This document shows positions 53,291-63,226 of a stretch of 64,000 nucleotides of DNA, piece by piece. The notes under the pieces were generated by a model that saw only the letters and a program-made list of their open reading frames with translations, searched no databases and was not told where the DNA came from. A program made the translations under genes and the position numbers. Location: positions 620,001 through 684,000 of the forward strand of contig CDRNVI010000003.1 of NCBI GenBank assembly GCA_977017575.1, in the 5' to 3' direction. Within the stretch, counting starts at the first letter, position 1. Each line of letters opens with the position of its first letter. The DNA comes from Paramoeba atlantica (taxonomy: Eukaryota > Protista > Discosea).

Positions 53291-55897
53291 GTATCTGAGC
53301 TGCGGTGGCTGTTTCGTCGTTGGGAGGTATGCTCGCGTTTTGTCGGTTGTCCGGGGCGTTCGGCTTCACTAGAGTATCGGCTCGAGCTGAATTGTTGTTT
53401 CTTTGCTCAAGAACCGAATGTCTTGAAGACTCTTTTTTTTTTTTTGATTTCGTTCTTCGCTTAATTCGATTTCTGAGATCGTGCTGTATTTTATTTGACT
53501 CAGATGCTTGTGAATTTTATTAAGCTTGTGAATTTTATTAAGCTTGTGAATTTTATTAAGCTTGTGATATACCTTTAATTTTTAATATCTGTAGTTCCCT
53601 TGCAGCAATTTTAAGTTTCCCTCAAGTTGGGTGGGCAAGATTTTTCTATTCTTCACTACTTAACCCGGCACGTGCTCCTAGAAAGTTGCGCAATTGGGAG
53701 AACACGATAGCACCGTTTTGCTCCTGTAGATTGAGCGCGAAGTCTTGAATCACGTCCTCTCTGACTAAGCCGCACACGTCGGCAAGAGATTTGAGGAGGA
53801 GCTTGGTGTTTTTATGTAGAGCCCCTCCCGAGAGCATGGGAATGCAGAGGAATTGCTCTTGAGGAATAAGGCCGGTCGACACGTAGGCTTTTATTTTACG
53901 CCCAATCGCATCTTTCATGAGTCGGGCACCCGTTTTCCCCAGGTTGGAGGGAGACAATTCGTGGATCAGCGTAAAATCGTAGTATATGTCTCCTGCTGGC
54001 CAATGTATGACGATGTCCGGGCCGGATCGCACGAAGGAACCGGTGCCACATGTGCGTTGATGCTCTTGCTTTTGAACTTCGGCTATCGCATCTCCACACA
54101 CTTTACATTTGAAGGATGAGAGGTGCCGGGGCTCAAGTTCACATGGAATTCCTCCCTTTAAGCAAAGTTCGTAGAGGCGCCGCACCATTCGATTGTGTTT
54201 TACCGTCGCATTGTTTCCCGTACATTTGGTACATCCTGAAATGTGTGCCACAGCTGCATCAGCCTTAAACATAATATGGCATCCGGGGCACTGCAACGAT
54301 TCAGGCAAGTCAGGGTGGGATATGCCGAGACGCGGCATTATCGCCAGAGCGAAATGGCGAGACGAAACCAGGCGCGTCCGCGCGGTGATCCATGAGTGGT
54401 TCCCTTTTTCGCTGGCCGCGAGTATAATTGAAGCCGTATGCTTGTCTTTGAGGAGATTTTCGCGCACTTCAATATTGTACGCTTCTTCCGCTGTTGCTTC
54501 TTCGGCTGGTGGCCGTTCAGTGGACTCGTTTCCTTCCGGGTTTTGGCTTGGTTGCAAGTACAAAGTTTCGGCTAGAGCTGATGGTAGGTTTGTTCGCTCC
54601 ATTGCGGAAAACTTTGACTTGTTAAATGCAGCCTCACGGATGAATTCTGAGGGTGTTAATCCCAGGCCGCCTTTCCGAATCGGCAGTCTGGCCCAAGAAA
54701 TTTGCTTGGCGGTTAACTTTCCAAACCATTTCTCAAGAACTTCGTTTACTTTGGCATCGAATTGTTGTGTTACTGCCAGTGTCACCTCTGGGTCGTGAAC
54801 TCTTATTTGATATCTATGTCTCACGTTGACACATCTCGACAGTAACAGGAGAGATATGTTGTTCGCCCCCATTGTTTCAAGTCGCCGAAAAGCCGCACGT
54901 GATTTATTAAGTGTGGATAAGAGTTTCTCGCTAACGCGGTTTTTGTCCCCTACAAAGGCCCCTAGAGTTTTTATGGCTTCAGACTCATTCTGAATCCCCT
55001 CCAACTCAAGCGACTTCGGTAAGGCAAGCCTTTGGTGACCGGCAAGCCATACACACTTTTGAGGTGCCATATCAATCATTTTGGAGATCATTAGTTCTTT
55101 GAGCCTTTGGTAAGCGCTTTCTAACATTCCAGGGTCCGTAGCAGCGAAGTTGATATCATCTATGAAAGCGTAAATCTTAAGCGTAGGAAACTCTTGAGCG
55201 ATGGTGGCTAGAATAGGTTGCATGAAAGTACAGAAAAGCATTGACGACAGCGGCGACCCTTGGCGAACACCGGCTGAGCTTTTCAAGATTGCCTTAAGCT
55301 CTCCATTTCTTCCATAGTAGAGAAGTTCGGACGGGTTGCAATATTCGGCGGCGAATAGTCTTTGAAATGGACGCAGCGAAGCAAAGGCGAATTACGCTTT
55401 GGCTATTTCGTCGCGAGACGGCGAGTTAAACGCGTTGCGAAGATCTACCGATAGTATTGCACAACCATCTTGGTAGTGTTTCGTAAGTTGATGGATTATG
55501 CGTTCACAGCCTGCTTTTGCTATTACTCCGTACTGCCAGGGGGAGAAAATGTGGAGAAGTTTTTTCTCATGCCGTTGCAGCAAAACGATTTCCGCGAGTT
55601 TCAGTATGACTTCTCCAACCGCTATGGGACGAACGCCACCGTTTGCCTTTGGTATTGCCACCAGGCGCGATCGGGTGAGACGTGTCAGAATTTCATTTTG
55701 TGTGAATATCGTACTTTGTAGAGATCCTATATAAAGTATACGCCCATTCAGGGTAAGGTTTACAATAACTATCAAAACATATAGTTGCAGAATAGAATGA
55801 TATCAACATTCGTTTTGTCGACCTATAATATAAACTACCTAAATCAAAACTATACGATAGGGCATCGCGCCTGGCCGGCGCCACCACCCTCTCGCTA

Positions 55898-58777
55898 CTA
55901 ACTTTCCACCCCTTTCGCATTATCAGGGTCTGCCTCGGCATAACGAAGTCGGCTGATTTTGTCCGCAGGGTTACTTTTCGTGCTCATGTACCGCGCATCT
56001 ACGGCAATTCCTTGCTTTTTAATTACATTCAAAACCTTTTCAAGTTCGTCAGAAACGCCGGAAGATTTCGATATTTTCCTATTGACGGCTGCCATGCACG
56101 AAACGTTGTCTACATGTAAATCTAGACACGTCCCTTCCCGAAAGTGGTGTTTTAATTTTTCAATACTAAGATAAACGGCACGAGTTTCTGCCCGATTGAC
56201 TTCATAGTCAAACGATGCATCCCACTTACCGCCGACACAGATCATTTCTCCATAGTCCGTGTACAACACCCCTCCCCATCCAACCTTGGAGGCATCGGTG
56301 TACAAAACATGTTGGTGAACGACTGTATCCGGTCGAGGTTGAGGAGCAACGGGTATATTAGCTCGTAACTCGTCTCTCCATTTTGCTAGACCACACCTAG
56401 TAACCTTGGATAATGGCACAGCAACATCCGCCAATAAAGGGTAGCGATTCAGCTCGTTTATGCGGCGTCGCGTGATCCGTAAAATATTGTGAAAGCGGGG
56501 GAGGTTCATTCCTAATATCGCGGACGAGTAGATAAAACGGCCAACACAGGCTTCAAGATCACTGTACGTCAGTATTCCAAAATGGTTCGCCTCTATTTTA
56601 GACAACACCTTCGGTCCAAGTGCGACCTTATGCGCTTGATGGTCGTAAAGCACGCCGTTATAAACATATTTCGTCAGTGGATAACCTTCTGCGGATTTGA
56701 ATTTCGCGCTTATGCTTTTTGCCCTTTGATCGATAAAGTTCTCGTAATGTTGTACAGCATTGAAAGAGCCTGCGAACCGAACGCCATCAATATATACATC
56801 AATGGCTGACGAAGTAAAGCCATGTGATTGCTTGCAATAGTGGGAATGACCCGCTATAGTGGCGGTCACTGTGTGCATAATTTCGGGCGCGCATCTGTGA
56901 CCCATAGGCATTACTGTCATTTCGTACATTTCTCCCTCATGGGAGAACCGAAACTTTGCGCGTGACTCGAGGGGTAGTCCAATCTGAAAGAAACTACACG
57001 CCAGGTCACGTTTGACTGCGAATGAAGAGCTTACATTATGTAGATAATACGCGGGATGTGAGAGAGGCACGTACGGCTCATATTCTTTTAACGACATATT
57101 GTCGACTCGCGTCCAAGCTATGAATCTTCGCCTCTGGGATTCTCCATCATCTGTGCGTTCAACTACTGAAAAGGGAATAATCTCTTGCATCGTTGGACGG
57201 TCCACCAATTCATTTTCCCCGACGCGGGAAATAATTCCATGTTCAACAAGAGCGCGAACATCCTCATTCGCAAGCCCCCCGCTCACCCGACCAGTTTTTG
57301 TTGTCCCCTCCGGGAGCTTAGTCAACATATCCCAGACCTCTTCGAAACGGTACAAAGTCGCTGGGTTCATCCATTTTCGAACTTTTTCAAGATCTATTCG
57401 GGGAATGTCAGGCTTTATATGCAATGGTAAATTCAGATCGTCGGGGCCGGCCAATCTAGAGGAACGGCGCGGTCGCACTATTGTGTGACGTTTTTTGAGA
57501 GGATAATCATCGAGGTACGATTCGAAGTCTTTATAGCCCATCATATTGGTAATAGTTGTGTCGCTTTTTGGGTCCCTAGTGCAAGAGCTGTTGTCAAGGG
57601 GTTCTCGTTGTATCGGAACAACGATTCTGCTTCTTGATGTTTCGCTAGACGTTGCACTTCTTCCAGGGTTAAGAGGCCTCTTGCCACTTGTTCGAATAGA
57701 TACGTTATCGCCCCTCGTTTCAGCGAATGCGTTCCGTAGCCGTCCCCGAGAGTCGAACGAATTATTGTGTCCATTTCGCGCACGGTTGTTTTGCAGAGGA
57801 GAACCCCTTTTTTCATCTTTGAAACTTGTTGCGCTATTTCGCTCGTCCCGTCCCCCTCCAGCACAGCGTACATCGACGCCCGATACGGGTCTAATCGAGT
57901 CGTCTTCGTCTTTCGTCCCCACCATATGACTACTCTTGCGCTCGTGACGTGGCAAAATTGTTCTTTGACTAAGTTTGACGTTTCGGTCCACCGGGACGCC
58001 GCCTTCCAACATATTAGTGCGGCTATGTCCTGGGATCTCGTTAGATTGCTTCGCAATTGCGCGAGAAGTAGAGGCGTTATCGGTTTCATTTGATGAATCG
58101 GCTCCGCAGCCCCCTCGGATAACAATGTTTTGCAACGAAATTTTATCGCATTCGTGTTCATTTGTAGACCATTGAATATGGCCATCAAATTTCGGGCGTA
58201 TGTGAGTTTCGTTGTGACCGCTATTGTCAACGTTTCCAAGTATGCTACGGCGGACAAGGGAGTCACCTCTAGGCTTTTCCTGCAACAAAACTCGTTTAGT
58301 TGGTGCCACAAGCGTCCCCTCGTGGCCCACGTGCTTGTTGCCCACATTCCTCTCATAGTTTGAAGGGAGGTTTCTATGGCTGCGTCTGACTTTTTTGTCG
58401 CGGTCAGCCTCCACAAAAGATTGTCTTGTGCGGTTTTCCTGTCGTTTACAACGTTTGTTATCACCCTCCTTGACGTTATTTGGTCCTGAGGGGGCGCAGT
58501 ATCCGCAATTCGAACACTTTGTCGAATCTTCCTCTTCTTCGCTTTTTGCGAGGTAGTTTGACATGAGTTCACTGATCCGGACGATAAAGTCTCGGAAGCT
58601 GGAGTACTTTTCACCCTTCGTTTCTTTCGAAGAGTACGAGCTGTTACGGGTGGGGGTCCCTAGTAGGACCTCTTGCTGCCTTGTATGGCAGAGCCGTCCA
58701 CCCGTTTTTCGAAATCCCCCGTCTTTGCGCTGGGACAATCTTTTTGCAAGTGTCCAATTTGATGACAAATAAAGCAC
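55898..58777 (-). CDS. RT-RNase H ORF of T7, 959 aa
   Basis: RRRFIAWT, KRDLACSFFQI, VMPMG, YIDG, YTDASKVGWG, LHVDN, SNPAD. Confidence 0.9.
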   Translation of the reverse strand: MLYLSSNWTLAKRLSQRKDGGFRKTGGRLCHTRQQEVLLGTPTRNSSYSSKETKGEKYSSFRDFIVRISELMSNYLAKSEEEEDSTKCSNCGYCAPSGPNNVKEGDNKRCKRQENRTRQSFVEADRDKKVRRSHRNLPSNYERNVGNKHVGHEGTLVAPTKRVLLQEKPRGDSLVRRSILGNVDNSGHNETHIRPKFDGHIQWSTNEHECDKISLQNIVIRGGCGADSSNETDNASTSRAIAKQSNEIPGHSRTNMLEGGVPVDRNVKLSQRTILPRHERKSSHMVGTKDEDDSIRPVSGVDVRCAGGGRDERNSATSFKDEKRGSPLQNNRARNGHNNSFDSRGRLRNAFAETRGDNVSIRTSGKRPLNPGRSATSSETSRSRIVVPIQREPLDNSSCTRDPKSDTTITNMMGYKDFESYLDDYPLKKRHTIVRPRRSSRLAGPDDLNLPLHIKPDIPRIDLEKVRKWMNPATLYRFEEVWDMLTKLPEGTTKTGRVSGGLANEDVRALVEHGIISRVGENELVDRPTMQEIIPFSVVERTDDGESQRRRFIAWTRVDNMSLKEYEPYVPLSHPAYYLHNVSSSFAVKRDLACSFFQIGLPLESRAKFRFSHEGEMYEMTVMPMGHRCAPEIMHTVTATIAGHSHYCKQSHGFTSSAIDVYIDGVRFAGSFNAVQHYENFIDQRAKSISAKFKSAEGYPLTKYVYNGVLYDHQAHKVALGPKVLSKIEANHFGILTYSDLEACVGRFIYSSAILGMNLPRFHNILRITRRRINELNRYPLLADVAVPLSKVTRCGLAKWRDELRANIPVAPQPRPDTVVHQHVLYTDASKVGWGGVLYTDYGEMICVGGKWDASFDYEVNRAETRAVYLSIEKLKHHFREGTCLDLHVDNVSCMAAVNRKISKSSGVSDELEKVLNVIKKQGIAVDARYMSTKSNPADKISRLRYAEADPDNAKGVES
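57541..58614 (-). CDS. Tyrosine recombinase of T7, 357 aa, nested in the RT ORF
   Basis: WKAASRWTE, WWGRKTKT, THSLKRG, AKHQEAESLFRY. Confidence 0.88.
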   Translation of the reverse strand: MKSTPASETLSSGSVNSCQTTSQKAKKRKIRQSVRIADTAPPQDQITSRRVITNVVNDRKTAQDNLLWRLTATKKSDAAIETSLQTMRGMWATSTWATRGRLWHQLNEFCCRKSLEVTPLSAVAYLETLTIAVTTKLTYARNLMAIFNGLQMNTNAIKFRCKTLLSEGAAEPIHQMKPITPLLLAQLRSNLTRSQDIAALICWKAASRWTETSNLVKEQFCHVTSARVVIWWGRKTKTTRLDPYRASMYAVLEGDGTSEIAQQVSKMKKGVLLCKTTVREMDTIIRSTLGDGYGTHSLKRGAITYLFEQVARGLLTLEEVQRLAKHQEAESLFRYNENPLTTALALGTQKATQLLPI

Positions 58778-59769
58778 ACACGCTTTTTCCTTCCGAAGCT
58801 ACCTGGTCCCGTTTTCGCTTTGATTTTTTTCTGTTTTGCACGCTCATCTTCGGCAAGCTGAGCAAACCGATCGCCTGTACGTTCTTCAGCCTCCATTTTC
58901 GAACGGATCGATTCTACATCAACCTTCAGTTCGCGTTGATAATGCATGTCTCGTAGAAGTTCACAAATGTTTTTACCGAGCTTAAGACAGTGTCCCTCAT
59001 CCCAATCTTCTGTCTCTCGCGCATTATAAATCCACTCGACAAGTAGATTCTTAAATATCCGTAGTCGGTACTTGGGCGGGTCATCACGTAAACCGAATTC
59101 TTCCGCGTCGCGTAGTTCACGAATTAATTCGCGTAATTTCAACGGATCTCCATCATGCGCCATCCACAATTTCCATGTTAAGGGATCCATTGCATCGAAG
59201 TTGTACGCATCTCCCCGACGTTCCACCTCGTTATCAACTTCGATTTCCTGACCCCCTGGCATTTCGTAGTACACATTTTCTACAACAAGATCATAGTAAT
59301 AGATATCGCGATGGGGAAACCGGTACTTCCGGCTTGGGTTCGTCGTCCATTTGGCCCACAATTGTGTACCTTCAAGCGATAGAACTCCAATAATTGTGTC
59401 CGTATTTTGCGGAGCGTGCGGCCTTTGCGCGACGGGCCCAGTAGATGGAGCCCAAACAGCCTTCACAGTAACTCTTGCACCTTGGTCTATAAGAGTCTTT
59501 ACATGCACACAAAAAAGATCAAGCTCGCGCTGTGCTAAAGGTGCACCTACGGGGGTTGCTGCCGGCCCATTTTGTTCCGAATTACTTTGTGTCTGCTGCG
59601 TTCTTTCTTGGTGAGTCTGTTGGGTTCTTTCTTGATGAGATGCATTTCGCTGTTCTTGAACATTAGCTCCAGAAATCCGCAGCGAGGCGTCCGAACATTC
59701 AATAAGGCAGAAACAATATAAAGTATCTAATTCCAGAAATACGCACTTCTGTCTCTTTTCACTGAACAT
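58660..59769 (-). CDS. gag-like protein of T7, 369 aa, with CCHC knuckle
   Basis: CFICHQIGHLQKDC; aligns with the rejoined T3 gag. Confidence 0.82.
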   Translation of the reverse strand: MFSEKRQKCVFLELDTLYCFCLIECSDASLRISGANVQEQRNASHQERTQQTHQERTQQTQSNSEQNGPAATPVGAPLAQRELDLFCVHVKTLIDQGARVTVKAVWAPSTGPVAQRPHAPQNTDTIIGVLSLEGTQLWAKWTTNPSRKYRFPHRDIYYYDLVVENVYYEMPGGQEIEVDNEVERRGDAYNFDAMDPLTWKLWMAHDGDPLKLRELIRELRDAEEFGLRDDPPKYRLRIFKNLLVEWIYNARETEDWDEGHCLKLGKNICELLRDMHYQRELKVDVESIRSKMEAEERTGDRFAQLAEDERAKQKKIKAKTGPGSFGRKKRVCFICHQIGHLQKDCPSAKTGDFEKRVDGSAIQGSKRSY

Positions 59770-60093
59770 ACAATATTTTTATAGAACAGGAATACATGTA
59801 TACTACGATCTATAATGCGCACGCTAATAAGATAATAACTTGGTACCGAATCTAAAATCAATAATAAAACAAGTAAATACTATGTGAAGGGGCTAAGCCC
59901 CCAACACTCGCAGCCTCCAACCCGCTCACGCGTAGCTATTGAGCTCCTTTCTCGCGTTTATCCAATGTCGCTTGTCATGATAGAATGCCAAAAAGGGTGA
60001 CCAAACCTTCGTGACACGCTTTTCCGAGGTTTTTTTTTTTTTTTTTTTGAAAACTACATGTATATGAACGTCAAAGGTTTTGAACGTTAAAGG

Positions 60094-60500
60094 TTTTTTT
60101 TTTTTTGAATCGCGGCATTGCCTCTATATTTTGACCCATTAGACGAACCAAGTAGGTCCATTGGGGGGGGTATATGATTTTAAAACAAGCAATCAAATTA
60201 GCAATTTCATATTTTGGAGCCCAAAACTAGCAATTCGATCTCCCGTAAGTATAAGAACAATAAAAACAATAACAATAAAAACAAGCAATCTATGCCCAAT
60301 CCATTCGCGCGTTCCGGACCGGGTCTTTCGACCTCTCCACGGCCTGACTTGTGAACCCTTCCCTTGTTATACAGGAGGGCGCAGGCGCGGGCCTGTGTCG
60401 ACAGCGACACGGTCACGAAACAGGATGCTGGCCGACGGGGAGGAGATTCACTACCCGTGTACTACCTCACTTGGGGTACCTAGCCCTCGCGGGCTAGGCG
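60094..60500 (-). mobile_element. CRE-A 3' UTR-only insertion with poly(A), inside the T7 5' region
   Basis: Near-identical reverse complement of 29236-29595; T-run at 60094-60106; (T)nGAAAACT on both flanks. Confidence 0.85.
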
Positions 60501-62552
60501 TTTTTTTTTTTTTTTTTTTTTTTTTGAAAACTTCGAAAACGTGTAGATTTTGTATTTGAATAGTCCCTAAGCACATACACATCCGTTAATAACTTTTCTA
60601 ATGAATTTACGAAATCAATCAATCAACAGTCACATTTTCAATGATAAGTAAAACTATACGTAATAAGCTCTCGCCTGAATTTCTTACCGTAAACTATTAG
60701 GCAGTGACATGTCGGGCAAAGGATTTACTACAGGATAGGGACTCGGCATCGGAATCTGAGAATGACCTGGATCATACCGTCCTGCACGCCCCGTCGGAGG
60801 CGGAGTTAAAGACCTTTGTGAACGCTGGGCCATCGACCTTGTGTTGACCATCGCAAAAATTATCGAAATCGCAAAAAATTATCGAAGTAAAGTGAAGAAA
60901 ATATTGTTCTAAGAATCTTCTTCTAAGAAATATTATATGAAATAACGAAACAAAAGTACATTACACGTAAAGTTTATGCGTAAAAATGCAGTATATGCTA
61001 AAGATGTATTCAAGATTGCACTGGTTGGTGCGTGCATGAAACACGTTAACCACTGCACACTTCCTAAAATTCTTTTCGTAAACTCTTATTGTCTGCTTTG
61101 ATAGTGCACCGTTGATCAGATCTCGAAGCATGTGACATAAACTCAGGCAACATATTTCATCGTAATATGGAGTCTGTTTTGCCTGTTGGGCCTGGGGCCG
61201 CACCTTTCGCCATGCGTCTTCCTGCTTCTCGGAGTTCGTAAGGGGATATACACGCTACTTCTGGAGCGTCTGCGGGAAGACAAAAGGTTGTGGGTATTTC
61301 GGGGTGCAGATCGCGAAGTTTAGCCACTATCTCTTCGTCGCTCAAACATTTGGGCTTAAATTCCTGATCTAGCACGTTCGACGCTTTTGAGACACATCCG
61401 TCCAGGGCAAGACTGAAGGCTTTCTTAATTGCCCGAGCATCTGTTAACGTTTGAGATGGTTGGGAGCCCTGAGACGTATCTTGCGCTTGCTCTTCAATAG
61501 GTTTGCGCCTTCCTCGCTTTGCACTGGCATTTCTCACTGTCGCCAGTGAAAATTTCATCGCAGATAGGACTCGTTGCCAGATTCGGTTACGCTCTGGATA
61601 GTTGCTATCTGTATAATTGCGCATCATTTCGCGGTAGATAGTAACTACACATGGAATGAATTCTGGACTGTCCTGAATGTTGGCATAGGTTCGTAGTCCA
61701 GATCGGCTTCGGTGCTCTGACTGACACTGTATACCGTACGGGCTTCTTGTGGCTGGGGTACTGACGGGTGCCATAGGATTTTGAATACTCTCACATTTTG
61801 CTGAGGCGGTATGTGACCCGCGAAGGTCTCTCCTGCTTTGTGCCCATGAATGCCTTTGTATTCCATGGACAGTTTGTGATTTCCTTTTCGCTTTTGATAT
61901 GCCTTGACCACTCCTTCGGATACGTTGAGCTGTGAATTTAAGTCGAAACTCCAGGCGATCACACATTTGCTTCCGGGTTTCGCTTCGCGCGACTGTTCCC
62001 ACACAGTGTCTGGCGGTGTTGGGAAATGAACGGTGGAAATTATCGTGCGTAATAGGATTCGGACTAAAGACGTAAGGTCGTTTTCCGTGTACGATGTGTT
62101 TAGCTCGCCGGTGACTTTGTCATTTGATGTGTATGTCGACTCTTGATGCACATAGTTTCTTGTCAAAATGGGGGTCACAATCGAAGAATTCGTGTTGCGT
62201 GTCCGCACCTTGTGCATCGATGCACTCGGGACTTGGTATCTGTGACTCTGACATATCGTTGGTTCTTTCCTTCCGCTCGTTAAGGCATCTGCCTTCATAA
62301 TCGGGGTCATTTGTGCATCTCTCTGTGTTTTGAATCGGTGGGAAGTCTTCAGGGTTTCCGAAGTCGCTATCGAAAATTGGAGTTCGGTAGGGATTGTTTT
62401 CTTGCTGAGCGACGGCCGATAATGAGGTGATGGACTGATGATGGACTGATGATGAAACTTGCGGTAGTGCTGGATGTTGCGGGGATGCTATCGAGGGTTG
62501 GGTTTTCTGCTGCGGAACGAAGCGACCGGAGTGTTTTGTCAAGCGCTTGAAG

Positions 62553-62589
62553 ACTTTAACGATAAAGATACAGTTTCTGTACCTTGTTG
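62553..62589 (+). other. Full SL exon relic, head-to-head with the CRE-B 5' end
   Basis: ACTTTAACGATAAAGATACAGTTTCTGTACCTTGTTG followed by ATTTATT. Confidence 0.85.
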
Positions 62590-63226
62590 ATTTATTAATA
62601 TTAATATTAATTACACTATGCATTCTCGCGAAATCGAAATACACACTTCGGAATCGGTTCCTGGTGATGCTACGCCCAAGCCGCTCAAATTAGTCACATC
62701 GCGCAGTGTGCAAGGAACGCCACAAAGTTTGTCAATCAAGTCTGATTCTCACTTCACTTTAGGAAAACGAGATGGAAATCCAGGTCGGGCTGCTCATAAA
62801 ACATCTAGTAGAACTAGTATATAAAAATATATGGAAGCAATAATAAGAAATTTGAAGACTGCTGATTTCTCAATGATCTTACGAAGATATATCTTTCCTG
62901 TAGTGTATTTATGGAAATAAACCCAAGAGACTAAGTGAGATCGTCATAACCTATCATAATCAATGTTAAAAGAGTACCAAATAAACTAATAACGTTGTGA
63001 ACGGGAATGCCCGTCCGCGCAACCCGCAGCCAAATGGTTGGGGGCTGGTGGGTGGGCACAAAAACTAGTTAGTTAGTTATTATCCAGCCATTTGTCTGCG
63101 AACAGATGTGGCTGCCTCACTTCACGCGTAGGTCGCGTTGCCGGTGCTCCACGCGGGGAGTAATCTTCTAGCACGAGAGCGGTTGGCTCAATCATATAAG
63201 AAGACACCGGACTTTAGACAGACATT

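Larger units (their letters stand above)
55688..61087 (-). mobile_element. Full-length YR retrotransposon T7, all three ORFs open, inserted without TSD
   Basis: Ends defined by rejoining the host CRE-B frame; terminal arms AAATTCT (61067-61073) and AGAATTT (55687-55693). Confidence 0.85.
53646..62552 (-). mobile_element. Long CRE-B element interrupted by YR element T7
   Basis: Pieces 61088-62552 and 53646-55687 rejoin as KQTMTRLTRSRL (compare KDVMHRLKRARL at 50629-51834). Frameshift near 61680 and stop at 55392. RT GVRQGSPLS/FIDD; REL SGPD/YYDFT. Confidence 0.82.

Noticed and set aside
58660-58777. Programmed -1 frameshift from gag into pol
   Set aside because: The frames are compatible, but I found no in-frame X XXY YYZ heptamer in the T7 overlap.
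9877-62589. SL copies as functional SL RNA genes
   Set aside because: None is followed by a GT donor or a shared intron or Sm-site sequence; downstream sequences differ and one follows a demonstrable AG acceptor.
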